Source: Colwellia sp. (GTDB lineage: Bacteria > Pseudomonadota > Gammaproteobacteria > Enterobacterales > Alteromonadaceae). From it: a stretch of 64,000 nt of DNA. The first letter of the stretch is position 1; every line of letters begins with the position of its first letter. Location of the stretch: the NCBI GenBank assembly GCA_013215655.1, contig JABSOX010000024.1, positions 3,446 to 67,445 of the forward strand. The letters are read 5' to 3'. Of this stretch, positions 7,965-16,804 are shown piece after piece. The notes under the pieces were generated by a model. That model saw only the letters and a program-made list of their open reading frames with translations, was not told the origin of the DNA and did not search any database. Both the position numbers and the translations under genes were made by a program.

Positions 7965-9785
7965 TTAAACTTTGATAATAATATTTCTACCCGCATCTTT
8001 TGCTGCGTAAAGTCCGCGATCAAGTTTCTGATAAATATCTGTAAAAGAACTTATTGCTTTGTTAAATTCGGTGTATGAAAAACTGGCAGTGATAGAAACT
8101 TCGTTACCATTATCAATAACAACACAAGAATGTTCCATAGAGTATCTTATGCGCTCTAAAATTTCTTTAGCCTTGTCTGAAGAAATATCCTTTAAGCATA
8201 ATAAAAATTCTTCCCCTCCTATTCGGCCAAATACATCCTGTTGTCGAATATTTTCTAGCGTAATTTTTACAGCATGTTTAATGACTTCATCACCAATAGC
8301 ATGACCATAATTATCATTAACGCTTTTAAATTTATCCAAATCAATTAACGCAATTACGTGATGCTTTCCTTGAGAAGGGAGCTGTATACGACTCAAAGTT
8401 TGTAACATCGCTCTACGGTTTGAAATATTGGAAAGTTCATCGGTTTCAGCAAGGTGTTTATGTCTATTTTTAAGCTGCCAAAAAAGTAAAGCCAACAACA
8501 TAAAAACAGCTAAAATAGCCACAATCAACATTATGACTAATCGACTTGATTTCAGATCATTTCGCGCTAAAGAAAGCTCCATTTCTACGATGTTTTGATA
8601 AAGTTGTGCGCTACCAATTACCATACTAGATACTTGTTGTTCCAGTAATATCGCTCTATTCTTATCAAGATATTTATCAAAAAACATTTTTGCTTTAAGG
8701 CTGTCACCTTTTTCAATGTAGTATTTTGTTAAAAAGGTCAGTAGCCATATATCATCGGCTGAATAACTATTGGGATCCTTATTAACATCTTCTATAAAAG
8801 AAGATACACATACTTCTCTTTTAGCTTCAATACAAGCAAGTGCTCTTAATGTACTTATCCTCTTGGTATTGTACTCTATTTCTAAATCAGGAATTAACGG
8901 TGAGAGTTCGTCCATTAGACTAATTAATACGGGGTAATCACGTTTTTCATAAGCTATTTTTGCCTGATAAATATAACTTAAACCATCAGCCATTAAATTG
9001 CCCTTAAAGTGCAATCCCTCTTTAAGTAATAAAGGCACTATTTTTTCAGCACTTTTTATATCACCTGCATCCAAATAGTCTGTGCCGAGATTATAATAAC
9101 TGGTAAAACTTTCCATACTTTTTTCTTTTAATGGCATTAATGTCATTGCTTCTTGACGAAGTTTTGCCGCGGTAGAATTTTGTCCAATGAAGGCATATTC
9201 GTTGGCCATAGTCTCGAGTATATCTACTTTATATTTTTTATTTTTATCATCGTTGAGTGTTTCAAGTAACCGATAGAGCTTACGAAGCTTTTCAACTTGG
9301 TTATTTTTGTGACAAGAGGTAATTTCCACTTTGGTGAGCATAAACGTTAATGCAAAAGGTGTTTTGTTTGTAATTCTAAGCTTTGCTGAAGTGTTGTATT
9401 CACAGGCATTTTCATAATTGTATATGAATAATTCATTACCTACAGAGTGCAATGCTGCAAGATAAATATTAGGATCAATCTCATCTTCGGGGAAAATGGT
9501 TATCTTTTTTTGCGCTTCATGCTCCAATCCATACTGACCTTTACAATGATATATATTAGATTTTACGTATAATAAATAGGCATGTTGGTTGTACGAGAGG
9601 TTTTTGGTGTCTTTTAAATAACCTTCAATATCTGCTTCAATATCACCATACAAGCAGGTTTCATAGAAATCATCTCGCTCTTCCACTATATTGATAATTT
9701 CCTCAATATCAGACACAGCAAATACAGGTTGTGACCAGTAAAGTGCCGTAAATAACATTAAGATCCGTAAAGACAGATTAACCAT
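7965..9785 (-). CDS. Membrane-anchored TPR-like/GGDEF diguanylate cyclase
   Basis: Signal-like MVNLSLRILMLFTALYWSQPVFA (ATG 9785; the track start 9860 is probably over-extended), helical-repeat region, TM helix, DELSNISNRR, IDLDKFKSVND.YGH..GD, RQQD I-site, GGEEF. Confidence 0.9.
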   Translation of the reverse strand: MVNLSLRILMLFTALYWSQPVFAVSDIEEIINIVEERDDFYETCLYGDIEADIEGYLKDTKNLSYNQHAYLLYVKSNIYHCKGQYGLEHEAQKKITIFPEDEIDPNIYLAALHSVGNELFIYNYENACEYNTSAKLRITNKTPFALTFMLTKVEITSCHKNNQVEKLRKLYRLLETLNDDKNKKYKVDILETMANEYAFIGQNSTAAKLRQEAMTLMPLKEKSMESFTSYYNLGTDYLDAGDIKSAEKIVPLLLKEGLHFKGNLMADGLSYIYQAKIAYEKRDYPVLISLMDELSPLIPDLEIEYNTKRISTLRALACIEAKREVCVSSFIEDVNKDPNSYSADDIWLLTFLTKYYIEKGDSLKAKMFFDKYLDKNRAILLEQQVSSMVIGSAQLYQNIVEMELSLARNDLKSSRLVIMLIVAILAVFMLLALLFWQLKNRHKHLAETDELSNISNRRAMLQTLSRIQLPSQGKHHVIALIDLDKFKSVNDNYGHAIGDEVIKHAVKITLENIRQQDVFGRIGGEEFLLCLKDISSDKAKEILERIRYSMEHSCVVIDNGNEVSITASFSYTEFNKAISSFTDIYQKLDRGLYAAKDAGRNIIIKV

Positions 9786-10465
9786 AAAATATTGATACCT
9801 AAAATATCGAAATTTCGCTAAGCGTGATCTTATATTAAAGACTGCCAGTGGCGCAGTCAACCATATGTTTTAATTGAAAAATTTACAAGTAATTGACAAT
9901 GTACTTACAATTAATCCCCAACATCACTTTGCATAAACATATGTTCTGATTGATAGTTGTCCGCTAACGTCTTATAAATCGTAGGGACAAATAGCTGGTA
10001 AGCATAAGCTATATTTACATGCGAAAAATTACGGTTAAATTATTTATCTTGTCTGCGATAAAATATTGAAGTATATCTGCCATAACATCATATTAAACAT
10101 GATCATGTAATGCATTAGCATTAGGTCTTTCAACTGGAAGTGTTTAAAACAGCTGGAATTGCAAAGTAATTCTGCTGAGTAATTGTAGTTTTAAATGTGT
10201 ATAGCAGGGTGATTTCTACTTAAAGTTAACCTTTAAATATCAACTACCTTTGATGTAATTAACATCAAAACGTAAGTTATTATAATTACTGTAGCAACAA
10301 AATTTTATTAATCAAAATAATCTAACCGGTGTCAACTTTTTCAATCAGTTGACCTGAATAACGGCCGATAACTAGCTTCCGCATTACGGATAGAATTGTT
10401 AGTTTCTACAAGAGCTCATATTTTCTTAAAAGACTTAAATTTATCAGCTTAATATAATTATATTC

Positions 10466-10497
10466 AAAAAGCCCCGACACATAAATGACGAGGCTTT
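10466..10497 (-). terminator. Rho-independent terminator of selD-selU
   Basis: AAAAAGCC...GGCTTT hairpin, U-tract on the minus strand. Confidence 0.55.
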
Positions 10498-10566
10498 ATC
10501 AAATATTATTTTTGTTAAGCACACCAAATTGTCTATTTATTAAATCTAAGCCTGTGGCGCAATACT

Positions 10567-11682
10567 TTACAAATGGTGCAAAAAATCCACACATTGCGCG
10601 TTGTTACCACGAAAAATCACTCTGTCGGCCTTTAATCCTAACTGATATTGATACATAGGATCATAGTATTCGCTGAGCAGTGGTCTTAACCAATCAAGGT
10701 GATAGTGTGGTTGACCATTTAGCTGCTGAGTTAAGGCCACACTCTGTATTTTCTTTAACTGGCCATAACGTTCTGTACCAAGGCGCTTCCGTACTTTGAA
10801 TAAGCCTTGAACTAAATACTGGCTGAAGGCAATAAAACCTTGTTCAACGCCATATGTGGTTTTGTATTGGGTTGTCATTTGTATGATATATTCTTGATAT
10901 ATATGCTCAAGTCGATATTCTAAGCTTTCTTCAATTACTACTATTGGCGCTAATGTCATGGCTTGTCGTAAACTTTCAGGCAAATGGACACTACCAATTA
11001 ACCGGCCTTCATCTTCTAAAAGCAAGGTTTGCTCAAGAGAATAGCTACCGGTGATGTATTGCTCAGCCAGTTTATTTTCAAAATTTATTTGATTTGATTG
11101 TGCAGTAACGAAACCACCAAAACTAGAACCTCGATGGCCCGCTGCCGCTTCTAAATCTAAACTGTTAACACAATGAGCTAAAAAAGGCGTTTTTCCACAG
11201 CCGGTATTGCCGGCTAAAACTGTTAAAGGGTGTAACGCTAACTGTTCAAGTTCGCTGAGTAAAAACTGTCGAAGTGCTTTATAGCCGCCAATAAGCAGTG
11301 GATAGTTAACCCCTGACTCCTTTAACCAGCGCTGCACTGTTTGTGAACGTAAACCGCCGCGAAAACAATATAAATAACCCTGTGGATTTTCCCTGGCAAA
11401 GTTTTGCCATTGTGCTAACCGTCTTGCTTTACTCTGTCCGGTAACGAGTGAATTACCCAGGGTGATGGCGGCCGCTTGTCCTTTATTTTTATAACAAAGA
11501 CCTACTTCCGCGCGTTCATCATTATTCATTAATGGGTAATTAATTGACTGGTTAAATGCGCCCTTTTCAAATTCAATCGGTGCGCGTACATCCATTAAAG
11601 GGATTTTATTGCCAATAATAGCGCGAAAATCACTAGTATCGGCTCGTTCTATTGTTGAAGTACTTATGCTACTTATGGTCAT
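10567..11682 (-). CDS. selU: tRNA 2-selenouridine synthase
   Basis: Rhodanese domain DVRAPIEF..G and [10 protein letters not shown]-loop [20 protein letters not shown]; overlaps the selD stop (TAATG). Confidence 0.95.
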   Translation of the reverse strand: MTISSISTSTIERADTSDFRAIIGNKIPLMDVRAPIEFEKGAFNQSINYPLMNNDERAEVGLCYKNKGQAAAITLGNSLVTGQSKARRLAQWQNFARENPQGYLYCFRGGLRSQTVQRWLKESGVNYPLLIGGYKALRQFLLSELEQLALHPLTVLAGNTGCGKTPFLAHCVNSLDLEAAAGHRGSSFGGFVTAQSNQINFENKLAEQYITGSYSLEQTLLLEDEGRLIGSVHLPESLRQAMTLAPIVVIEESLEYRLEHIYQEYIIQMTTQYKTTYGVEQGFIAFSQYLVQGLFKVRKRLGTERYGQLKKIQSVALTQQLNGQPHYHLDWLRPLLSEYYDPMYQYQLGLKADRVIFRGNNAQCVDFLHHL

Positions 11683-12713
11683 TACAACAAATTCACAGTT
11701 GGAGAAGTTGCTGCCACAAGTTCGCCAATGGGTTGTAGATTAAGGCCATTGTCTTGACATAACGCTTCAAAAGCTAGCTTGCCTTGTGGCTGTACAGCAA
11801 CAAGTAAACCGCCACTGGTTTGAGGATCGCACAACAGTGTTTTTTGTTTGGCGCTTAACGGCCCAACATGCTCACCATAACTATCAAAATTTCGCTGACA
11901 ACCACCCGGGATACAGCCTTGAATGATGTAATCGTTGACGAAATCAAGCAGCGGTACTTGGTCAAAATCGATAACCGCCGCAACACCACTGCCTTGACAC
12001 ATTTCCAAGAGGTGCCCTAACAGTGCAAAGCCGGTCACATCGGTCATCGCCGTAACCGTTTCCAGTTCTGCGAACTTTTGTCCAATTGTATTTAAGGTTT
12101 TCATGACTTGTGGCGCTAATTGCGCGTGCTCAGGTAACAATTTCCCTTGTTTTTCAGCCGTGGTTAAAATGCCAAGACCTAACGGCTTAGTTAAATATAA
12201 AAGATCGCCAACCCCTGCGGTATTATTTCGTTTTATCTGCGCATTATTAATCAGGCCAGTAACCGCTAAGCCAAAAATAGGCTCGGGCGCGTCAATGGAA
12301 TGGCCACCCGCTAACGGGATCCCTGCCTCAGCACAAATAGCTCTAGCCCCATCAAGCACTTGTTGGGCAATTTCTGGCGCTAAAATATTGACTGGCCAGC
12401 CTAAAATGGCTATCGCCATTAGTGGTTTTCCGCCCATGGCATAAATATCGCTGATGGCATTACAGGCAGCAATTTTACCAAAGTCAGTGGGATCATCGAC
12501 AATGGGCATAAAAAAATCAGTGGTTGAAATCACCGCTTGATCATTACCAATATCAAAAACGGCCGCATCATCCTTGGTGCTGTTACCCACTAAAAGAGCG
12601 TTGTTTTCTGGTAAAGTGAGAGATGATTTTAGCATCACATCAAGTACCGATGGTGAAATTTTACAGCCACAACCTGCGCCGTGTGAGTATTGGGTCAAGC
12701 GAATTGGTGTCAT
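11682..12713 (-). CDS. selD: Selenide, water dikinase (Cys-type)
   Basis: [57 protein letters not shown]. Confidence 0.97.
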   Translation of the reverse strand: MTPIRLTQYSHGAGCGCKISPSVLDVMLKSSLTLPENNALLVGNSTKDDAAVFDIGNDQAVISTTDFFMPIVDDPTDFGKIAACNAISDIYAMGGKPLMAIAILGWPVNILAPEIAQQVLDGARAICAEAGIPLAGGHSIDAPEPIFGLAVTGLINNAQIKRNNTAGVGDLLYLTKPLGLGILTTAEKQGKLLPEHAQLAPQVMKTLNTIGQKFAELETVTAMTDVTGFALLGHLLEMCQGSGVAAVIDFDQVPLLDFVNDYIIQGCIPGGCQRNFDSYGEHVGPLSAKQKTLLCDPQTSGGLLVAVQPQGKLAFEALCQDNGLNLQPIGELVAATSPTVNLL

Positions 12714-13058
12714 AGTGATTCAGATAAAGAGTAAGTAACTAGATAATTTACAGTAATATCCCCCGTGTTACACCTGAGGATTAATATATAATTATTGATG
12801 CTGGCATAAAGCTTCAAATAAGGGCTTACTTACCATAAAATTTATCTCGGTTTGTGCGCCTTTCCGAAATACAAAATTATTTTTAGACCGTATATTCTTA
12901 GGCGAAATCGCCCCCTATTATTAATTGCAATATCGAGGAGGACCATACATTTGTGCCCCAATATAACTATCAAATTAGTTGCTAAAATTATAAAATCACA
13001 ACTAATTAAGATCTAATGTCCAACCACATACATTGAATTTTTTTAATTATCAAAGAAC

Positions 13059-13092
13059 AAAAAAGCGACCACTCAAAAGAGTAAGTCGCTTT
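13059..13092 (-). terminator. Terminator downstream of glmS, located inside the putative Tn7-like end
   Basis: AAAAAAGCGAC...GTCGCTTT hairpin with U-tract on the minus strand. Confidence 0.75.
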
Positions 13093-13103
13093 AATTCACG
13101 CAT

Positions 13104-13153
13104 AGGTAGTTCTAACTTTATTCGTTGGTTTCCAACTTTATTTAGAACCCACA
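13104..13153 (-). repeat. Tn7-like end: terminal TGT plus two TnsB-site-like direct repeats
   Basis: Minus strand reads TGTGGGTTCT AAATAAAGTT GGAAACCAAC GAATAAAGTT AGAACTACCT; AATAAAGTT at offsets 12 and 32; Tn7R begins TGTGGGCGGACAATAAAGT with AATAAAGT at offset 12. Confidence 0.72.
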
Positions 13154-13235
13154 AACAGCTTTCAACCGCCTATCATTATTCGACAGTAACCGATTTTGCC
13201 AAATTACGTGGTTGATCCACATCAGTACCTTTAAT
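13154..13235 (-). other. attTn7 site (glmS 3' end and insertion point)
   Basis: Conserved glmS tail [17 protein letters not shown] is the TnsD recognition region; the end begins 22 bp after the stop. Confidence 0.75.
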
Positions 13236-15008
13236 TATCGCCACGTAATATGAAAGTAGCTGTAAGGGTAGGGTATAAACAATCGGCGCAATTAGGTCAT
13301 CACACACAGGCACGTCGATAACCTTCATGGTTTCATCGCTGGTGAAGTTAGCTTTACTGTCAGCAAATACATACATTAGACCGCCACGAGCGCGAACTTC
13401 TTCAACGTTAGATTTTAATTTTTCAATCAAATCATTTTGTGGAGCTACTACAATTACTGGCATTTCAGCATCAATAAGTGCTAATGGACCATGTTTAAGC
13501 TCACCTGCGGCATAAGCCTCTGCATGAATATAGGAAATTTCTTTTAGCTTTAACGCGCCTTCCATCGCAATAGGGTATTGGTCACCTCGGCCTAAAAACA
13601 ATGCATGGTTTTTATCAGCAAAGTCTTCAGCAAGAGCTTCAATTGATGGGGCTAACGCTAAGACTTCATCAAGTTTAGCGGGCAAAGTCATTAGTGATTG
13701 TGCTATCTCAGCTTGTTTTTCTTTTGTCATACCGTGATGTTGTCCTATTGCTAGGGTCATCATCATCAAACCAACAAGTTGTGTGGTAAATGCTTTAGTT
13801 GATGCAACACCAATTTCTACGCCAGCTTTGGTCATAAAGGCTAAGTCAGACTCGCGAACTAACGAAGAACCGGCAACATTACAAATAACCAAACTTGATT
13901 TATAACCAATCTCTTTAGCTAAACGTAAGGCAGCTAAAGTATCAGCAGTCTCACCTGATTGTGAAATAGTGACGATAAGGGAATTTTTAGGGACAAAGGA
14001 TTTACGGTATCTAAATTCACTGGCAATTTCGATGTTACACGATACACCTGCTAGTGCTTCTAACCAATAACGTGCCACCATACCTGAGTGATAACTGGTA
14101 CCACAGGCAATAATTTGAACGTGTTCTATTTCTTTAAAAATATCGTCAGCACCTTCACCAAAAGTATTGATGTCTAAAACGCCACCCACTAAACGCCCTT
14201 CTAAAGTATTACGAACGGCTGTAGGTTGCTCGTAAGTTTCTTTCAGCATGTAATGACGATATTCGCCTTTATCGCCGGCATCGTTGCTTGCTTCAGTTTC
14301 TTTAATTTCTCGTTCAACGCTATTGCCATCAAGATCAACAATATTGACTTCAAAACGGGTAACTTCAGCGACATCGCCCTCTTCCAAAAATGAAAAGCGA
14401 CGGGTAACAGGTAATAATGCCATCATGTCTGAGGCAATAAAATTTTCGCCTAAACCATAACCAATCACTAATGGACTACCTGAACGAGCGACAACAATGC
14501 GGTCTTTGTCTGTTGAGTCCATCACAACCGTGCCATAGGCACCTTCAAGTTGTTTAACTGTTTTTTGTACCGCTGACAATAATGTTTCACTGCTTTTTAA
14601 TTCATGATGCACTAAATGAGTAATAACTTCGGTATCTGTCTGTGAGACAAACTCATAACCTAAACCTTGTAGACGAGTTCGTAACTCATTGTGGTTTTCT
14701 ATGATGCCATTATGAACAACAGCAATAGTATTGTTCGAAAGATGAGGGTGAGCGTTCACTTCGCTTGGAACACCATGAGTTGCCCAACGTGTATGAGCGA
14801 TCCCCGTACCACCAGCTAATGGTGCGTTTGATAAGGCATCGCCAAGCTCTTGTACTTTACCTAAGCGTTTCACACTAGTTAACTGATGGCTTTCATCAAT
14901 GATAGCCACACCTGCTGAATCATAACCGCGATATTCTAACCGTCTAAGTCCCTCTACTAATATATCTGCTACGTCTCGTTGTGCCACTGCACCCACTATT
15001 CCACACAT
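13176..15008 (-). CDS. glmS: Glutamine-fructose-6-phosphate aminotransferase
   Basis: [44 protein letters not shown]. Confidence 0.99.
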   Translation of the reverse strand: MCGIVGAVAQRDVADILVEGLRRLEYRGYDSAGVAIIDESHQLTSVKRLGKVQELGDALSNAPLAGGTGIAHTRWATHGVPSEVNAHPHLSNNTIAVVHNGIIENHNELRTRLQGLGYEFVSQTDTEVITHLVHHELKSSETLLSAVQKTVKQLEGAYGTVVMDSTDKDRIVVARSGSPLVIGYGLGENFIASDMMALLPVTRRFSFLEEGDVAEVTRFEVNIVDLDGNSVEREIKETEASNDAGDKGEYRHYMLKETYEQPTAVRNTLEGRLVGGVLDINTFGEGADDIFKEIEHVQIIACGTSYHSGMVARYWLEALAGVSCNIEIASEFRYRKSFVPKNSLIVTISQSGETADTLAALRLAKEIGYKSSLVICNVAGSSLVRESDLAFMTKAGVEIGVASTKAFTTQLVGLMMMTLAIGQHHGMTKEKQAEIAQSLMTLPAKLDEVLALAPSIEALAEDFADKNHALFLGRGDQYPIAMEGALKLKEISYIHAEAYAAGELKHGPLALIDAEMPVIVVAPQNDLIEKLKSNVEEVRARGGLMYVFADSKANFTSDETMKVIDVPVCDDLIAPIVYTLPLQLLSYYVAIIKGTDVDQPRNLAKSVTVE

Positions 15009-15059
15009 AAAATTTGTCCTTTAATTTTTAATCTTAATATTAATCAGTCATCGCATTGT

Positions 15060-15821
15060 CTAGTTAGCAATAATCAGATTAATACCTTGGTTAGTTAATT
15101 GATTAATTATTTCTTCTGATAAACCGTTATCGGTAATCAGGGTATGTACTTGTTGCCATGGCAATTCTAGGTTTGGTATTTTCCGACCAATCTTATCTGA
15201 CTCAACCATAACAATAACTTCTCTTGAAACCTCAGCCATAACTCGGCTAAGGCCAATAAGTTCATTAAACGTTGTTGTCCCTCGGGTTATATCTATACCA
15301 TCAGCACCAATAAATAATTGATCGAAGTCGTAACTGCGTAATACCTGTTCGGCAACTTGGCCTTGAAAAGCTTCTGAATGCGGATCCCATGTACCACCGG
15401 TCATCAATAATATGGGTTCATTTTCTAAGGCACGTAAATCACTGGCAATTGATAAAGAATTGGTCATAACAATTAATCCTTTTTTATCCTCAAGCTCGGT
15501 CACCAATGCAGATGTTGTCCGGCCGCTATCAATAATAATTCGGTTATGATCACGAATTAATAATACCGCTTGTTTAGCAATTGCTAACTTTCGTTTCGAA
15601 AGTTTTTCATTTTTAGTTTCGATGATTTCTTTTGGAAGTGAAATCGCACCGCCATACCGTCTTAAAAGTAAACCACTGGTTTCCAAAGCGGCTAGGTCTT
15701 TACGAATGGTTACTTCAGAAGTACTAAATTGTTTGGATAACTGATCTACACTTACCTTACCACTCTGATTAAGCTCGGTAATAATAGTGTGACGTCTTTG
15801 TTGAGTATTTCTTTTTGACAT
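15060..15821 (-). CDS. glmR: DeoR-family regulator of the glm operon (GlmR-like)
   Basis: HTH SEVTIRKDL..LE..GLL.R.YGGA, IIDSG.TT, FDQLFIGADGI; directly upstream of glmS as in Vibrio/Pseudomonas. Confidence 0.85.
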   Translation of the reverse strand: MSKRNTQQRRHTIITELNQSGKVSVDQLSKQFSTSEVTIRKDLAALETSGLLLRRYGGAISLPKEIIETKNEKLSKRKLAIAKQAVLLIRDHNRIIIDSGRTTSALVTELEDKKGLIVMTNSLSIASDLRALENEPILLMTGGTWDPHSEAFQGQVAEQVLRSYDFDQLFIGADGIDITRGTTTFNELIGLSRVMAEVSREVIVMVESDKIGRKIPNLELPWQQVHTLITDNGLSEEIINQLTNQGINLIIAN

Positions 15822-15862
15822 TTAGATGCTTAACTTTTGTTTCATTACTTTTGAACACAATT

Positions 15863-15881
15863 AAGTTTCGGTTTGAAACTT
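15863..15881. promoter_or_regulatory. Inverted repeat AAGTTTC-N5-GAAACTT, candidate GlmR operator
   Basis: Perfect 7 bp arms about 40 bp upstream of the glmR start. Confidence 0.5.
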
Positions 15882-15950
15882 TTAGCTATTAAAACAAAAG
15901 TTAGCTTATCTGGCAATGTTTATTTTTATTCAGGCTAGATACTAAAAAGA

Positions 15951-16691
15951 TCAATCTTTTTTCATCAATAAATGGCGGTATTCTTTAGTTTTTTGGTATT
16001 TATTCATTGCTTCTTTAAATGATTTAACCAGTAGTTCATCACTATTTATACTCAAAGCAAGGTAACTTGCTCTTCTATTTGCTGAAACAACGGGGCTATA
16101 GATTACTTTAACCGTTTTATTCTTATGTAGCTCAATGTACTTTTTAATGGCATTGGGATCATGGTAGACCAAATCGACTTTGCCACTAATGAGTAATTTA
16201 AATGCTGTTTCTGGTTTAGTAACAATATATAGATTATCTTTAAAACCTTTGCTGACCAGTTCATGGTAGCTATTTGAATTCCTGGTAACGCCTATCACTT
16301 TATTTTCAATATCACTATCAGTCGTTATTAAGTTTTCTGGTTTTGCTTCTAATGAAATAAATACTCTTGAGAGTTCACTTACAATGCCAATCCAATGAAA
16401 ATCATTTTCTCTTTCAGGTGTTCTGATGATACTTAAAATTAATGTGTTAGCTCTTTTAGATGCCAAATCAAAGGCTCTGGGCCAAGGCATAAAGTCTATT
16501 TTTGTTGTTAAAGAAAGCTCTTTGAGTAAAGCGTTGGTAATTTCGGCTGTTGGGCCCTTAGCCTTACCATTTTCAATGTAGTGCAGTAATTGCCGTTCGG
16601 CGGCAACAATACGTAAATTATTTACATCACCAGCTTTTGCAAAAAAGCAAAATAATGAAATTATAATAATAAGGAATATTTTAATCTGCAT
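15951..16691 (-). CDS. Orphan periplasmic substrate-binding protein (family 3-like)
   Basis: Signal peptide, G...EI..ALL, FMPWPRAF, IIRTPERE..FHWIG, AFKLLISGKVDL, YLALS. Confidence 0.8.
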   Translation of the reverse strand: MQIKIFLIIIISLFCFFAKAGDVNNLRIVAAERQLLHYIENGKAKGPTAEITNALLKELSLTTKIDFMPWPRAFDLASKRANTLILSIIRTPERENDFHWIGIVSELSRVFISLEAKPENLITTDSDIENKVIGVTRNSNSYHELVSKGFKDNLYIVTKPETAFKLLISGKVDLVYHDPNAIKKYIELHKNKTVKVIYSPVVSANRRASYLALSINSDELLVKSFKEAMNKYQKTKEYRHLLMKKD

Positions 16692-16757
16692 ACTTTAATA
16701 GTAACTTAATACTAGGTATTTTCATCTGAGATACCGCTAAATATTTTCCTTCGGGCA

Positions 16758-16785
16758 TAAAAAAAGGCGCAAATATGCACCTTTA
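16758..16785 (-). terminator. Terminator after glmU
   Basis: AAAAAAAGG(C)GC...GCACCTTT hairpin, U-tract on the minus strand. Confidence 0.6.
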
Positions 16786-16804
16786 TTATAAACCACTGAA
16801 AATA

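Larger units (their letters stand above)
10208..13153. mobile_element. Putative non-autonomous (relic) Tn7-like element at attTn7 carrying selD-selU
   Basis: The glmS-proximal end TGTGGGTTCTAAATAAAGTT (minus strand from 13153) matches Tn7 end architecture; distal end GGTGATTTCTACTTAAAGTT at 10208 matches it 15/20; flanks AGCAG (10203-10207) and AACAG (13154-13158) match 4/5; no tns genes inside. Confidence 0.55.

Noticed and set aside
9980-10005. GGGACAAATAGCTGG resembling a Tn7L TnsB site
   Set aside because: There is no terminal TGT at the right offset and no target duplication, and it does not match this element's own repeat.
11833-11840. AACAG-TGT as an exact target duplication plus left end of the Tn7-like element
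   Set aside because: It lies inside the intact selD reading frame and is not followed by any TnsB-like AATAAAGTT motif.
12660-12690. Selenocysteine (UGA) in SelD or hidden UGA read-through selenoproteins
   Set aside because: The active-site codon is Cys (HGAGCGCK), and I found no UGA-split ORF pair or SECIS-like context.
12840-12960. c-di-GMP-I riboswitch upstream of selD (GGTCTAA and GGAAAGGCGCACAAACC on the minus strand)
   Set aside because: The motifs are in the wrong order and the GGCAAACC-GAAA-GGGCGCAAAGC core is absent.
12714-13153. CRISPR array or CAST components near the Tn7-like end
   Set aside because: No regularly spaced repeats and no cas, tniQ or tns ORFs; only two TnsB-type repeats are present.
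13033-13215. 61-aa plus-strand ORF
   Set aside because: It overlaps the glmS end, the transposon end and the terminator in antisense; there is no RBS or recognisable protein.
15009-15059. glmS ribozyme
   Set aside because: The 50 bp AT-rich spacer is far too short and unstructured; regulation appears to be via the DeoR protein.
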